The notes beneath the pieces were generated by a model. The model did no database searches, was not told the origin of the DNA, and saw only the letters and a list, made by a program, of their open reading frames with translations. Positions 31,601 through 45,900 of a stretch of DNA of 64,000 nucleotides are shown here, piece by piece (within the stretch, counting starts at the first letter, position 1; each line of letters opens with the position of its first letter). The stretch is taken from positions 124,001 to 188,000 of the forward strand of contig JASTWF010000360.1 of assembly GCA_030390025.1 (NCBI GenBank). The letters are read 5' to 3'. This DNA comes from Squalus acanthias. Its lineage: Eukaryota. Both the position numbers and the translations under genes were made by a program.

Positions 31601-34600
31601 TGAGAGAGGGACAGACTCACAATGTACTGATTGGGCAGCACTGAGAGAGGGACAGACTCACAATGTACTGATTGGGCAGCACTGAGAGGGGGACAGGCTC
31701 ACAATGTACTGATTGGGTAGCACTGAGAGAGGGACAGGCTCACAATGTACTGATTGGGCAGCACTGAGAGAGGGACAGACTCACAATGTACTGATTGGGC
31801 AGCACAGAGAGGGACAGACTCACAATGTACTGATTGGGCATCACTGAGAGAGGGACAGACTCACAATGTACTGATTGGGCAGCACAGAGCGGGACAGACT
31901 CACAATGTACTGATTGGGCAGCAGTGAGAGAGGGACAGGCTCACAATGTACTGATTGGGCAGCACTGAGAGTGGGACAGACTCACAATGTACTGATTGGG
32001 CACCACTGAGAGGGGGACAGGCTCACAATGTACTGATTGGGCAGCACTGAGAGGGGGACAGGCTCACAATGTACTGATTGGGCAGCACTGAGAGAGGGAC
32101 AGGCTCACAATGTACTGATTGGGCAGCACTGAGAGAGGGTCGGACTCACAATGTACTGATTGGGCAGAACTGACAGAGGGACAGGCTCACAATGTACTGA
32201 TTGGGCGGCACTGAGAGAGGGAGAGGCTCACAATGTACTGATTGGGCAGCACTGAGAGAGGGACAGGCTCACAATGTACTGATTGGGCAGCACTGAGAGA
32301 GGGACAGGCTCACAATGTACTGATTGATCAGCACCGAGAGAGGGTCAGGCTCACAATGTACTGATTGGGCAGCACTGAGAGAGGGACAGGCTCACAATGT
32401 ACTGATTGACCAGCACCGAGAGAGGGACAGGCTCACAATGTACTGATTGATCAGCACCGAGAGAGGGTCAGGCTCACAATGTACTGATTGGGCAGCACTG
32501 AGAGAGGGACAGGCTCACAATGTACTGATTGGGCAGCACTGAGAGAGGGTCAGGCTCACAATGTACTGATTGGGCAGCACTGAGAGAGGGACAGACTCAC
32601 AATGTACTGATTGGGCAGCACTGAGAGAGGGACAGGCTCACAATGTGCTGATTGGGCAGCACTGAGAGAGGGTCAACCTCACAATGTACTGATTGGGCAG
32701 CACTGAGAGAGGGACAGACTCACAATGTACTGATTGGGCAGCACTGAGAGAGGAACAGGCTCACAATGTATTGACTGACCAGCACTGAGAGAGGGACAGG
32801 CTCACAATGTACTGATTGGGCAGCACTGAGAGAGAGACAGGCTCACAATGTACTGATTGGGCAGCACTGAGAGAGGGACAGACTCACAATGTACTGATTG
32901 GGCAGCACAGAGAGGGACAGACTCACAATGTACTGATTGGGCATCACTGAGAGAGGGACAGACTCACAATGTACTGATTGGGCAGCACAGAGCGGGACAG
33001 ACTCACAATGTACTGATTGGGCAGCAGTGAGAGAGGGACAGGCTCACAATGTACTGATTGGGCAGCACTGAGAGTGGGACAGACTCACAATGTACTGATT
33101 GGGCACCACTGAGAGGGGGACAGGCTCACAATGTACTGATTGGGCAGCACTGAGAGGGGGACAGGCTCACAATGTACTGATTGGGCAGCACTGAGAGAGG
33201 GACAGGCTCACAATGTACTGATTGGGCAGCACTGAGAGAGGGTCGGACTCACAATGTACTGATTGGGCAGAACTGACAGAGGGACAGGCTCACAATGTAC
33301 TGATTGGGCGGCACTGAGAGAGGGACAGGCTCACAATGTACTGATTGGGCAGCACTGAGAGAGGGACAGGCTCACAATGTACTGATTGGGCAGCACTGAG
33401 AGAGGGACAGGCTCACAATGTACTGATTGATCAGCACCGAGAGAGGGTCAGGCTCACAATGTACTGATTGGGCAGCACTGAGAGAGGGACAGGCTCACAA
33501 TGTACTGATTGACCAGCACCGAGAGAGGGACAGGCTCACAATGTACTGATTGATCAGCACCGAGAGAGGGTCAGGCTCACAATGTACTGATTGGGCAGCA
33601 CTGAGAGAGGGACAGGCTCACAATGTACTGATTGGGCAGCACTGAGAGAGGGTCAGGCTCACAATGTACTGATTGGGCAGCACTGAGAGAGGGACAGACT
33701 CACAATGTACTGATTGGGCAGCACTGAGAGAGGGACAGGCTCACAATGTGCTGATTGGGCAGCACTGAGAGAGGGTCAACCTCACAATGTACTGATTGGG
33801 CAGCACTGAGAGAGGGACAGACTCACAATGTACTGATTGGGCAGCACTGAGAGAGGAACAGGCTCACAATGTATTGACTGACCAGCACTGAGAGAGGGAC
33901 AGGCTCACAATGTACTGATTGGGCAGCACTGAGAGAGAGACAGGCTCACAATGTACTGATTGGGCAGCACTGAGAGAGGGACAGACTCACAATGTACTGA
34001 TTGGGAAGCACTGAGAGAGGGACAGGCTCACAATGTACTGATTGACCAGCACTGAGAGAGGGACAGACTCACAAAGTACTGATTGACCAGCACTGAGAGA
34101 GGGACAGGCTCACAATGTACTGATTGGGATGCACTGAGAGAGGGACAGGCTCACAATGTACTGATTGGGCATCACTGAGAGAGGGACAGACTCACAATGT
34201 ACTGATTGGGGAGCACTGAGAGAGGGACAGGCTCACAATGTACTGATTGGGAAGCACTGAGAGAGGGACAGGCTCACAATGTACTGATTGGGCAGCACTG
34301 AGAGAGGGACAGGCTCACAATGTACTGATTGGGCAGCACTGAGAGAGGGACAGAAACACAATGTACTGATTGACCATCACTGAGAGAGGGACAGGCTCAC
34401 AATGTACTGATTGGGCAGCACTGAGAGAGGGACAGGCTCACAATGTACTGATTGGGCAGCACTGAGAGAGGGACAGGCTCACAATGTACTGATTGGGCAT
34501 CACTGAGAGAGGGACAGGCTCACAATGTACTGATTGGGCAGCACTGAGAGTGGGACAGACTCACAATGTGCTGATTGGGTATCACTGAGAGAGGGACAGA

Positions 34601-37600
34601 CTCACAATGTACTGATTGGGCATCACTGAGAGAGGGACAGACTCACAATGTACTGATTGGGCATCACTGAGAGAGGGACAGGCTCACAATGTACTGATTG
34701 GGCAGCACTGAGAGAGGGACAGGCTCACAATCTACTGATTGGGTAGCACTGAGAGAGGGACAGGCTCACAATGTACTGATTGGGCATCACTGAGAGAGGG
34801 ACGGACTCACAATGTACTGATTGGACAGCACTGAGAGAGGGACAGGCTCACAATGTACTGATTGACCAGCACTGAGAGAGGGACAGGCTCACAATGTACT
34901 GATTGACCAGCACTGAGAGAGGGACAGACTCACAATGTACTGATTGGGCAGCACTGAGAGAGGGACAGGCTCACAATGTACTGATTGACCAGCACTGAGA
35001 GAGGGAGAGGCTCACAATGTACTGATTGGTCAGCACTGAGAGAGCGACAGGCTCACAATGTACTGATTGACCAGCATTGAGTGAGGGACAGACTCACAAT
35101 GTACTGATTGACCAGCACTGAGAGAGGGACAGGCTCACAATCTACTGATTGGGCAGCACTGAGAGAGGGACAGGCTCACAATCTACTGATTGGGCAGCAC
35201 TGAGAGAGGGACAGGCTCACAATGTACTGATTGGGCAGCACTGAGAGAGGGACAGACTCACAATGTACTGATTGGGCAGCACTGAGAGAGGGACAGGCTC
35301 ACAATGTACTGATTGGGAAGCACTGAGAGAGGGACAGGCTCACAATGTACTGATTGGGCAGCACTGAGAGAGGGACAGGCTCACAATGTACTGATTGGGC
35401 AGCACTGAGAGAGGGACAGACTCCCAATGTACTGCTTGACCATCACTGAGAGAGGGACAGGCTTACAATGTACTGATTGGGCAGCACTGAGAGATGGACA
35501 GGCTCACAATGTACTGATTGGGCAGCACTGAGAGAGGGACAGGCTCACAATGTACTGATGGGGCATCACTGAGAGAGGGACAGGCTCACAATGTACTGAT
35601 TGGGCAGCACTGAGAGAGGGACAGACTCACAATGTACTGATTGACCAGCACTGAGAGAGGGACAGGCTCACAATGTACTGATTGGGCATCACTGAGTGCG
35701 GGACAGGCTCACAATGTACTGATTGGGCAGCACTGAGAGAGGGACAGACTCACAATGTACTGATTGACCAGCACTGAGAGAGGGACAGACTCACAATGTA
35801 CTGATTGGGCATCACTGAGAGAGGGACAGACTCACAATGTACTGATTGGACAGCACTGAGAGAGGGACAGGCTCACAATGTACTGATTGGACAGCACTGA
35901 GAGAGGGACAGGCTCACAATGTACTGATTGGGCATCACTGAGAGAGGGACAGTCTCACAATGTACTGATTGGGCAGCACTGAGAGAGGGACAGGCTCACA
36001 ATGTACTGATTGGGCATCACTGAGAGAGGGACAGACTCACAATGTACTGATTGGACAGCACTGAGAGAGGGACAGGCTCACAATGTACTGATTCACCAGC
36101 ACTGAGAGAGGGACAGGCTCACAATGTACTGATTGACCAGCACTGAGAGAGGGACAGACTCACAATGTACTGATTGGGCAGCACTGAGAGAGGGACAGGC
36201 TCACAATGTACTGATTGACCAGCACTGAGAGAGGGACAGACTCACAATGTACTGATTGACCAGCACTGAGAGAGGGACAGGCTCACAATGTACTGATTGG
36301 TCAGCACTGAGAGAGCGACAGGCTCACAATGTACTGATTGGCCAGCACTGAGAGAGCGACAGGCTCACAATGTACTGATTGACCAGCACTGAGAGAGGGA
36401 CAGGCTCACAATGTACTGATTGGGCAGCACTGAGAGAGGGACAGGCTCACAATGTACTGATTGAGCAGCACTGAGAGAGGGAGAGTCTCATAATGTACCG
36501 ATTGGGCAGCACTGAGAGAGGGACAGACTCACAATGTACTGATTGGGCAGCACTAAGAGAGGGACAGCCTCACAATGTACTGATTGGGCAGCACTGAGAG
36601 AGGGACAGACTCACAATGTACTGATTGGACAGCACTGAGAGAGGCACAGGCTCACAATGTACTGATTGGGCAGCACTGAGAGAGGGACAGACTCACAATG
36701 TACTGATTGGGCAGCACTGAGAGAGGGACAGGCTCACAATGTACTGATTGGGCAGCACTGAGAGAGGGACAGACTCACAATGTACTGATTGACCAGCACT
36801 GAGAGAGGGACAGGCTCACAATGTACTGATTGGGCAGCACTGAGAGAGGGACAGGCTCACAATGTACTGATTGGGCAGCACTGAGAGAGGGACAGGCTCA
36901 CAATGTACTGATGGGACAGCACTGAGAGAGGGACAGACTCACAATGTACTGATTGACCAGCACTGAGAGAGGGACAGGTTCACAATGTACTGATTGGGCA
37001 TCACTGAGAGAGGGACAGGCTCACAATGTACTGATTGGGCAGCACTGAATGAGGGCCAGACTCACAATGTACTGATTGGGCAGCACTGAGAGAGGGACAG
37101 ACTCACAATGTACTGATTGGGCATCACTGAGAGAGGGACAGACTCACAATGTACTGATTGGACAGCACTGAGAAAGGGACAGGCTCACAATTTATTGATT
37201 GGGCAGCACTGAGAGAGGGACAGGCTCACAATGTACTGATTGGGCATCACTGAGAGAGGGACAGACTCACAATGTACTGATTGACCAGCACTGAGAGATG
37301 GACAGACTCACAATGTACTGATTGGGCAGCACTGAGAGAGGGACAGACTCACAATGTACTGATTGACCAGCACTGAGAGAGGGAGAGGCACACAATGTAC
37401 TGATTGACCAGCACTGAGAGAGCGACAGGCTCACAATGTACTGATTGACCAGCACTGAGAGAGGGACAGACTCACAATGTACTGATTGGGCAGCACTGAG
37501 AGAGGGACAGGCACACAATGTACTGATTGGGCAGCACTGAGAGAGGGACAGGCTCACAATGTACTGATTGGGCAGCACTGAGAGAGGGACAGGCTCACAA

Positions 37601-40600
37601 TGTACTGATTGGGCAGCACTGAGAGAGGGAGAGACTCACAATGTACCGAGTGGGCAGCACTGAGAGAGGGACAGACTCACAATGTACTGATTGGGCAGCA
37701 CTGAGAGAGGGACAGACTCACAATGTACTGATTGGACAGCACTGAGAGGGGGACAGGCTCACAATGTACTGATTGGGCATCACTGAGAGAGGGACAGACT
37801 CACAATGTACTGATTGGACAGCACTGAGAGAGGGACAGACTCACAATGTACTGATTGGGCAGCACTGAGAGAGGGACAGACTCACAATGTACTGATTGGA
37901 CAGCACTGAGAGGGGGACAGGCTCACAATGTACTGATTGGGCAGCACTGAGAGAGGAACATGCTCACAATGTACTGATTGGGCAGCACTGAGAGGGGGAC
38001 AGGCTCACAATGTACTGATTGACCAGCACTGAGAGAGGGACAGACTCACAATGTACTGATTGGACAGCACTGAGAGAGGAACAGACTCACAATGTACTGA
38101 TTGGGCATCACTGAGAGAGGGTCAGACTGACAATGTACTGATTGGGCATCACTGAGAGAGGGACAGATTCACAATGTACTGATTGGGCAGCACTGAGAGA
38201 GGGATTGGCTCACAATGTACTGATTGGACAGCACTGAGAGAGGGACAGGCTCACAATGTACTGATTGGCCAGCACTGAGAGAGGGACAGACTCACAATGT
38301 ACTGATTGGCCAGCACTGAGAGAGGGACAGACTCACAATGTACTGATTGACCAGCACTGAGAGAGGGAGAGGCTCACAATATACTGATTGGTCAGCTCTG
38401 AGAGAGGGACAGGCTCACAATGTACTGATTGACCAGCACTGAGAGAGCGACAGGCTCACAATGTACTGATTGACCAGCACTGAGAGAGGGACAGGCTCAC
38501 AATGTACTGATTGGGCAGCACTGAGAGAGGGACAGACTCACAATGTACTGATTGGACAGCACTGAGAGGGGCACAGGCTCACAATGTACTGATTGGGCAG
38601 CACTGAGAGAGGGACATGCACACAATGTACTGATTGGGCAACACAGAGAGGGGGACAGACTCACAATGTACTGATTGGGCATCACTGAGAGAGGGTCAGA
38701 CTCACAATGTACTGATTGGGCATCACTGAGAGAGGGACAGGCTCACAATGTACTGATTGACGAGCACTGAGAGAGGGACAGGCTCACAATGTACTGCTTG
38801 GACAGCACTGAGAGAGGGACAGGCTCACAATGTACTGATTGACCAGCACTGAGAGAGGGACAGGCTCACAATGTACTGATTGACCAGCACTGAGAGAGGG
38901 TCAGACTCACAATGTACTGATTGGCCAGCACTGAGAGAGGGACAGGCTCAAAATGCACTGATTGACCAGCACTGAGAGAGGGACAGGCTGACAATGTACT
39001 GATTGGGCAGCACTGAGAGAGGGACAGGCTCACAATTTAATGATTGGGCAACACTGAGAGAGGACAGGCTCACAATGTACTGATTGGGCAACAGTGAGAG
39101 AGGGACAGGCTCACAATGTACTGATTGGCCAGCACTGAGAGAGGGACAGGCTCACAATGTACTGATTGTCCAGCACTGAGAGAGGGACAGGCTCACAATG
39201 TACTGATTGACCAGCACTGAGAGAGGGACAGGCTCACAATGTACTGATTGACCAGCACTGAGAGAGGGACAGACTCACAATGTACTGATTGACCAGCACT
39301 GAAAGAGGGACAGGCTCACAATGTACTGATTGACCAGCACTGAGAGAGGGACAGACTCACAATGTACTGATTGGGCAGCACTGAGAGAGGGACAGACTCA
39401 CAATGTACTGATTGGGCAGCACTGAGAGAGGGACAGGCTCACAATGTACTGATTGGGCAGCACTGAGAGAGGGACAGGCTCACAATGTACTGATTGACCA
39501 GCACTGAGAGAGGGAGAGACTCACAATGTACTGATTGGGTATCACTGAGAGAGGGACAGGCTCACAATGTACTGATTGGGCAGCACTGAGAGAGGGACAG
39601 ACTCACAATGTACTGATTGGACAGCACTGAGAGAGGCACAGGCTCACAATGTACTGATTGGGCAGCACTGAGAGAGGGACAGGGTCACAATGTACTGATT
39701 GGGCAGCACTGAGTGAGGGACATGCTCACAATGTTCTGATTGGGCAGCACTGAGAGAGGGACAGACTCACAATGTACTGATTGGGCAGCACTGAGAGAGG
39801 GACAGGCTCACAATGTACTGATGGGACAGCACTGAGAGAGGGACAGACACACAATGTACTGATTGACCAGCACTGAGAGAGGGACAGGTTCACAATGTAC
39901 TGATTGGGCATCACTGAGAGAGGGACAGGCTCACAATGTACTGATTGGGCAGCACTGAATGAGGGCCAGACTCACAATGTACTGATTGGGCAGCACTGAG
40001 AGAGGGACAGGCTCACAATGTACTGATTGGGCATCACTGAGAGAGGGACAGACTCACAATGTACTGATTGGGCATCACTGAGAGAGGGACAGACTCACAA
40101 TGTACTGATTGGGCAGCACTGAGAGAGGGACAGACTCACAATGTACTGATTGGACATCACTGAGAGAGGGACTGGCTCACAATGTACTGATTGGGCATCA
40201 CTGAGAGAGGGACTGGCTTACAATGTACTGATTGGACAGCACTGAGAGGGACAGACTCACAATGTACTGATTGGGCATCACTGAGAGAGGGACAGACTCA
40301 CAATGTACTGATTGGACAGCACTGAGAGAGGGACAGGCTCACAATGTACTGATTGACCAGCACTGAGAGAGGGACAGACCCACAATGTACTGATTGGGCA
40401 TCACTGAGAGAGGGACAGGCTCACAATGTACTGATTGGGCATCACTGAGAGAGGGACAGACTCACAATGTACTGATTGGACAGCACTGAGAGAGGGACAG
40501 ACTCACAATGTACTGATTGGGCATCACTGAGAGAGGGACAGACTCACAATGTACTGATTGGGCATCACTGAGAGAGGGACAGGCTCACAATGTACTGATT

Positions 40601-42980
40601 GGGCATCACTGAGAGAGGGACAGACTCACAATGTACTGATTGGACAGCACTGAGAAAGGGACAGGCTCACAATTTATTGATTGGGCAGCACTGTGAGAGG
40701 GACAGGCTCACAATGTACTGATTGGGCATCACTGAGAGAGGGACAGACTCACAATGTACTGATTGACCAGCACTGAGAGATGGACAGACTCACAATGTAC
40801 TGATTGGGCAGCACTGAGAGAGGGACAGACTCACAATGTACTGATTGACCAGCACTGAGAGAGGGAGAGGCACACAATGTACTGATTGACCAGCACTGAG
40901 AGAGCGACAGGCTCACAATGTACTGATTGACCAGCACTGAGAGAGGGACAGACTCACAATGTACTGATTGGGCAGCACTGAGAGAGGGACAGGCACACAA
41001 TGTACTGATTGGGCAGCACTGAGAGAGGGACAGGCTCACAATGTACTGATTGGGCAGCACTGAGAGAGGGACAGGCTCACAATGTACTGATTGGGCAGCA
41101 CTGAGAGAGGGACAGACTCACAATGTACTGATTGGACAGCACTGAGAGGGGGACAGGCTCACAATGTACTGATTGGGCATCACTGAGAGAGGGACAGACT
41201 CACAATGTACTGATTGGGCAGCACTGAGAGAGGGACAGACTCACAATGTACTGATTGGACAGCACTGAGAGGGGGACAGGCTCACAATGTACTGATTGGG
41301 CAGCACTGAGAGAGGGACATGCTCACAATGTACTGATTGGGCAGCACTGAGAGGGGGACAGGCTCACAATGTACTGATTGACCAGCACTGAGAGAGGGAC
41401 AGACTCACAATGTACTGATTGGACAGCACTGAGAGAGGAACAGACTCACAATGTACTGATTGGGCATCACTGAGAGAGGGTCAGACTGACAATGTACTGA
41501 TTGGGCATCACTGAGAGAGGGACAGACTCACAATGTACTGATTGGGCAGCACTGAGAGAGGGATTGGCTCACAATGTACTGATTGGACAGCACTGAGAGA
41601 GGGACAGGCTCACAATTTAATGATTGGCCAGCACTGAGAGAGGGACAGACTCACAATGTACTGATTGGCCAGCACTGAGAGAGGGACAGACTCACAATGT
41701 ACTGATTGACCAGCACTGAGAGAGGGAGAGGCTCACAATGTACTGATTGGTCAGCTCTGAGAGAGGGACAGGCTCACAATGTACTGATTGACCAGCACTG
41801 AGAGAGCGACAGGCTCACAATGTACTGATTGACCAGCACTGAGAGAGGGACAGGCTCACAATGTACTGATTGACCAGCACTGAGAGAGCGACAGGCTCAC
41901 AATGTACTGATTGGGCAGCACTGAGAGAGGGACAGACTCACAATGTACTGATTGGACAGCACTGAGAGGGGCACAGGCTCACAATGTACTGATTGGGCAG
42001 CACTGAGAGAGGGACATGCACACAATGTACTGATTGGGCAACACTGAGAGGGGGACAGACTCACAATGTACTGATTGGGCATCACTGAGAGAGGGTCAGA
42101 CTCACAATGTACTGATTGGGCATCACTGAGAGAGGGACAGGCTCACAATGTACTGATTGACGAGCACTGAGAGAGGGACTGGCTCACAATGTACTGATTG
42201 ACCAGCACTGAGAGAGGGACAGGCTCACAATGTACTGATTGACCAGCACTGAGAGAGGGTCAGACTCACAATGTACTGATTGGCCAGCACTGAGAGAGGG
42301 ACAGACTCACAATGTACTGATTGACCAGCACTGAGAGAGGGAGAGGCTCACAATGTACTGATTGGTCAGCACTGAGAGAGGGACAGGCTCACAATGTACT
42401 GATTGGGCAGCACTGAGAGAGGGACAGGCTCACAATTTAATGATTGGGCAACACTGAGAGAGGGACAGGCTCACAATGTACTGATTGGGCAACAGTGAGA
42501 GAGGGACAGGCTCACAATGTACTGATTGGGCCGCACTGAGAGAGGGACAGGCTCACAATGTACTGATTGTCCAGCACTGAGAGAGGGACAGGCTCACAAT
42601 GTACTGATTGACCAGCACTGAGAGAGGGACAGGCTCACAATGTACTGATTGACCAGCACTGAGAGAGGGACAGACTCACAATGTACTGATTGACCAGCAC
42701 TGAGAGAGGGACAGGCTCACAATGTACTGATTGACCAGCACTGAGAGAGGGACAGACTCACAATGTACTGATTGGGCAGCACTGAGAGAGGGACAGACTC
42801 ACAATGTACTGATTGGGCAGCACTGAGAGAGGGACAGACTCACAATGTACTGATTGGGCAGCACTGAGAGAGGGACATGCTCACAATGTACTGATTGGGC
42901 AGCACTGAGAGGGGGACAGGCTCACAATGTACTGATTGACCAGCACTGAGAGAGGGACAGACTCACAATGTACTGATTGG
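28630..42980. repeat. 41-bp tandem satellite array (segment 3)
   Basis: Same monomer resumes in phase after the TSD; a different, more diverged variant set appears from about 34.6 kb onward. Confidence 0.98.
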
Positions 42981-45900
42981 ATCTCACTGGGCCCATCCTC
43001 CCCAGGATACACACTGTGTGATCTCACTGGGCCCATCCTCCCCGGGTTACACACTGTCTGATCTCACTGGGCCCATCCTCCCTGGGTTACACACTGTGTG
43101 ATCTCACTGGGCCCATCCTCCCCAGGATACACACTGTGTGATCTCACTGGGCCCATCCTCCCTGGGTTACACACGGCCTGATCTCACTGGGCCCATCCTC
43201 CCCGGGTTACACACTGTCTGATCTCACTGGGCCCATCCTCCCCTGGTTACACAGTGTCTGATCTCACTGGGCCCATCCTCCCCGGGTTACACACTGTCTG
43301 ATCTCACTGGGCCCATCCTCCCCGGGTTACACACTGTCTGATCTCACTGGGCCCATCCCCCCGGGGTTACACACTGTCTGATCTCACTGGGCCCATCCTC
43401 CCCGGGTTACACACTGTCTGATCTCACTGGACCCATCCTCCCCGGGTTACACACTGTCTGATCACACTGGGCCCATCCTCCCGAGGTTACACACTGTCTG
43501 ATCTCACTGGGCCCATCCACCCCGGGTTACACACTGTCTGATCTCACTGGGCCCATCCTCCCCGGGTTACACACTGTCTGATCTCACTGTGCCCATCCTC
43601 CCCGGGTTACACACTGTCTGATCACACTGGGCACATCCACCCCGGGTTACACACTGTCTGATCTCTCTGGGCCCATCTCCCCGGGTTACACACGGCCTGA
43701 TCTCACTGGGCACATCCTCCCCGGCTTACACACTGTCTGATCTCACTGGGCACATCCTCCCCGGGTTACACACTGTCTGATCTCACTGGGCACATCCACC
43801 CCGGGTTACACACTATCTGATCTCACTGGGCACATCCTCCCCGGGTTATACACTGTCTGATCATACTGGGCCCATCCTCCCCGGGTTACACACTGTCTGA
43901 TCTCACTGGGCCCATCCTCCCCGGGTTACACACTGTCTGATCTCACTGGGCCCATCCTCTCCTGGTTACACACTGTCTGATCACACTGGGCCCATCCTCC
44001 CCGGGTTACACACTGTCTGATCTCACTGGGTCCATCCTCCCCGGGTTACACACTGTCTGATCTCACTGGGCCCATCCTCCCCGGGTTACACACTGTCTGA
44101 TCTCACTGGGCCCATCCTCCCCGGGTTACACACTGTCTGATCTCACTGGGCCCATCCTCCCCGGGTTATACACGGTCTGATCTCACTGGGCCCATCCTCC
44201 CCGGGTTACTCACTGTCTGAACTCACTGGGCACATCCTCCCCGGGTTACACACTGTCTGATCTCACTGGGCCCATCCTCCCTGGGTTACAAACGGCCTGA
44301 TCTCACTGGGCCCATCCTCCCCGGGTTACACACGGCCTGATCTCACTGGGCCCATCCTCCCCGGGTTACACACTGTCTGATCTCACTGGGCCCATCCCCC
44401 CGGGGTTACACACTGTCTGATCTCACTGGGCCCATCCTCCCCGGGTTATACACGGCCTGATCTCACTGGGCCCATCCTCCCCGGGTTACACACGGCCTGA
44501 TCTCACTGGGCCCATCCTCCCCGGGTTACACACTGTCTGATCTCACTGGGCCCATCCTCCCCGGGTTACACACGGCCTGATCTCACTGGGCCCATCCTCC
44601 CCGGGTTACAGACTGTCTGATCTCACTGGGCCCATCCTCCCCGGGTTAAACACTGTCTGATCTCACTGGGCCCATCCTCCCTGGGTTATACACTGTCTGA
44701 TCTCACTGGGCCCATCCTCCCCGGGTTACACACTGTCTGATCTCACTGGGCCCATCCTCCCTGTTACACACTGTCTGATCTCACTGGGCCCATCCTCCCC
44801 GGGTTACACACTGTCTGATCTCACTGGGCCCATCCTCCCCGGGTTACACACTGTCTGATCACACTGGGCCCATCCTCCCCGGGTTACAAACGGCCTGATC
44901 TCACTGGGCCCATCCTCCCCGGGTTACACACTGTCTGATCTCACTGGGCCCATCCTCCCCGGGTTACACACTGTCTGATCTCACTGGGCCCATCCTCCCC
45001 GGGTTACACACGGCCTGATCTCACTGGGCCCATCCTCCCCTGGTTACACACTGTCTGATCTCACTGGGCCCATCCTCCCCGGGTTACACACTGTCTGATC
45101 ACACTGGGTCCATCCTCCCCGGGTTACACACTGTCTGATCTCACTGGGCCCATCCTCCCCGGGTTACACACTGTCTGATCTCACTGGGCCCATCCTCCCC
45201 GGGTTACACACTGTCTGATCACACTGGGCCAATCCTCACCGGTTTACACACTGTGTGATCTCACTGGGCCCATCCTCCCCGGGTTACACACTGTCTGATC
45301 TCACTGGGCCCATCCTCCCCTGGTTACACACTGTCTGATCTCACTGGGCCCATCCTCCCCGGGTTACACACTGTCTGATCTCACTGGGCCCATCCTCACC
45401 GGTTTACACACTGTGTGATCTCACTGGGCCCATCCTCCCTGGGTTACACACTGTCTGATCTCACTGGGCCCATTCTCCCCGGGTTACACACTGTCTGATC
45501 TCACTGGGCCCATCCTCTCCGGGTTACACACTGTCTGAACTCACTGGGCACATCCTCCCCGGGTTACACACTGTCTGATCTCACTGGGCCCATCCTCCCC
45601 GGGTTACACACTGTCTGATCACACTGGGCCCATCCTCCCAGGGTTACACACGGCCTGATCTCACTGGGCCCATGCTCCTCGGGTTACACACTGTCTGATC
45701 ACACTGGGCCCATCCTCCCCGGGTTACACACTGTCTGATCTCACTGGGCGCATTCTCCCCGGGTTACACACTGTCTGATCTCACTGGGCCCATCCTCCCC
45801 GGGTTACACACTGTCTGATCTCACTGGGCCCATTCTCCCCGGGTTACACACTGTCTGATCTCACTGGGTCCATCCTCCCCGGGTTACACACTGTCTGATC

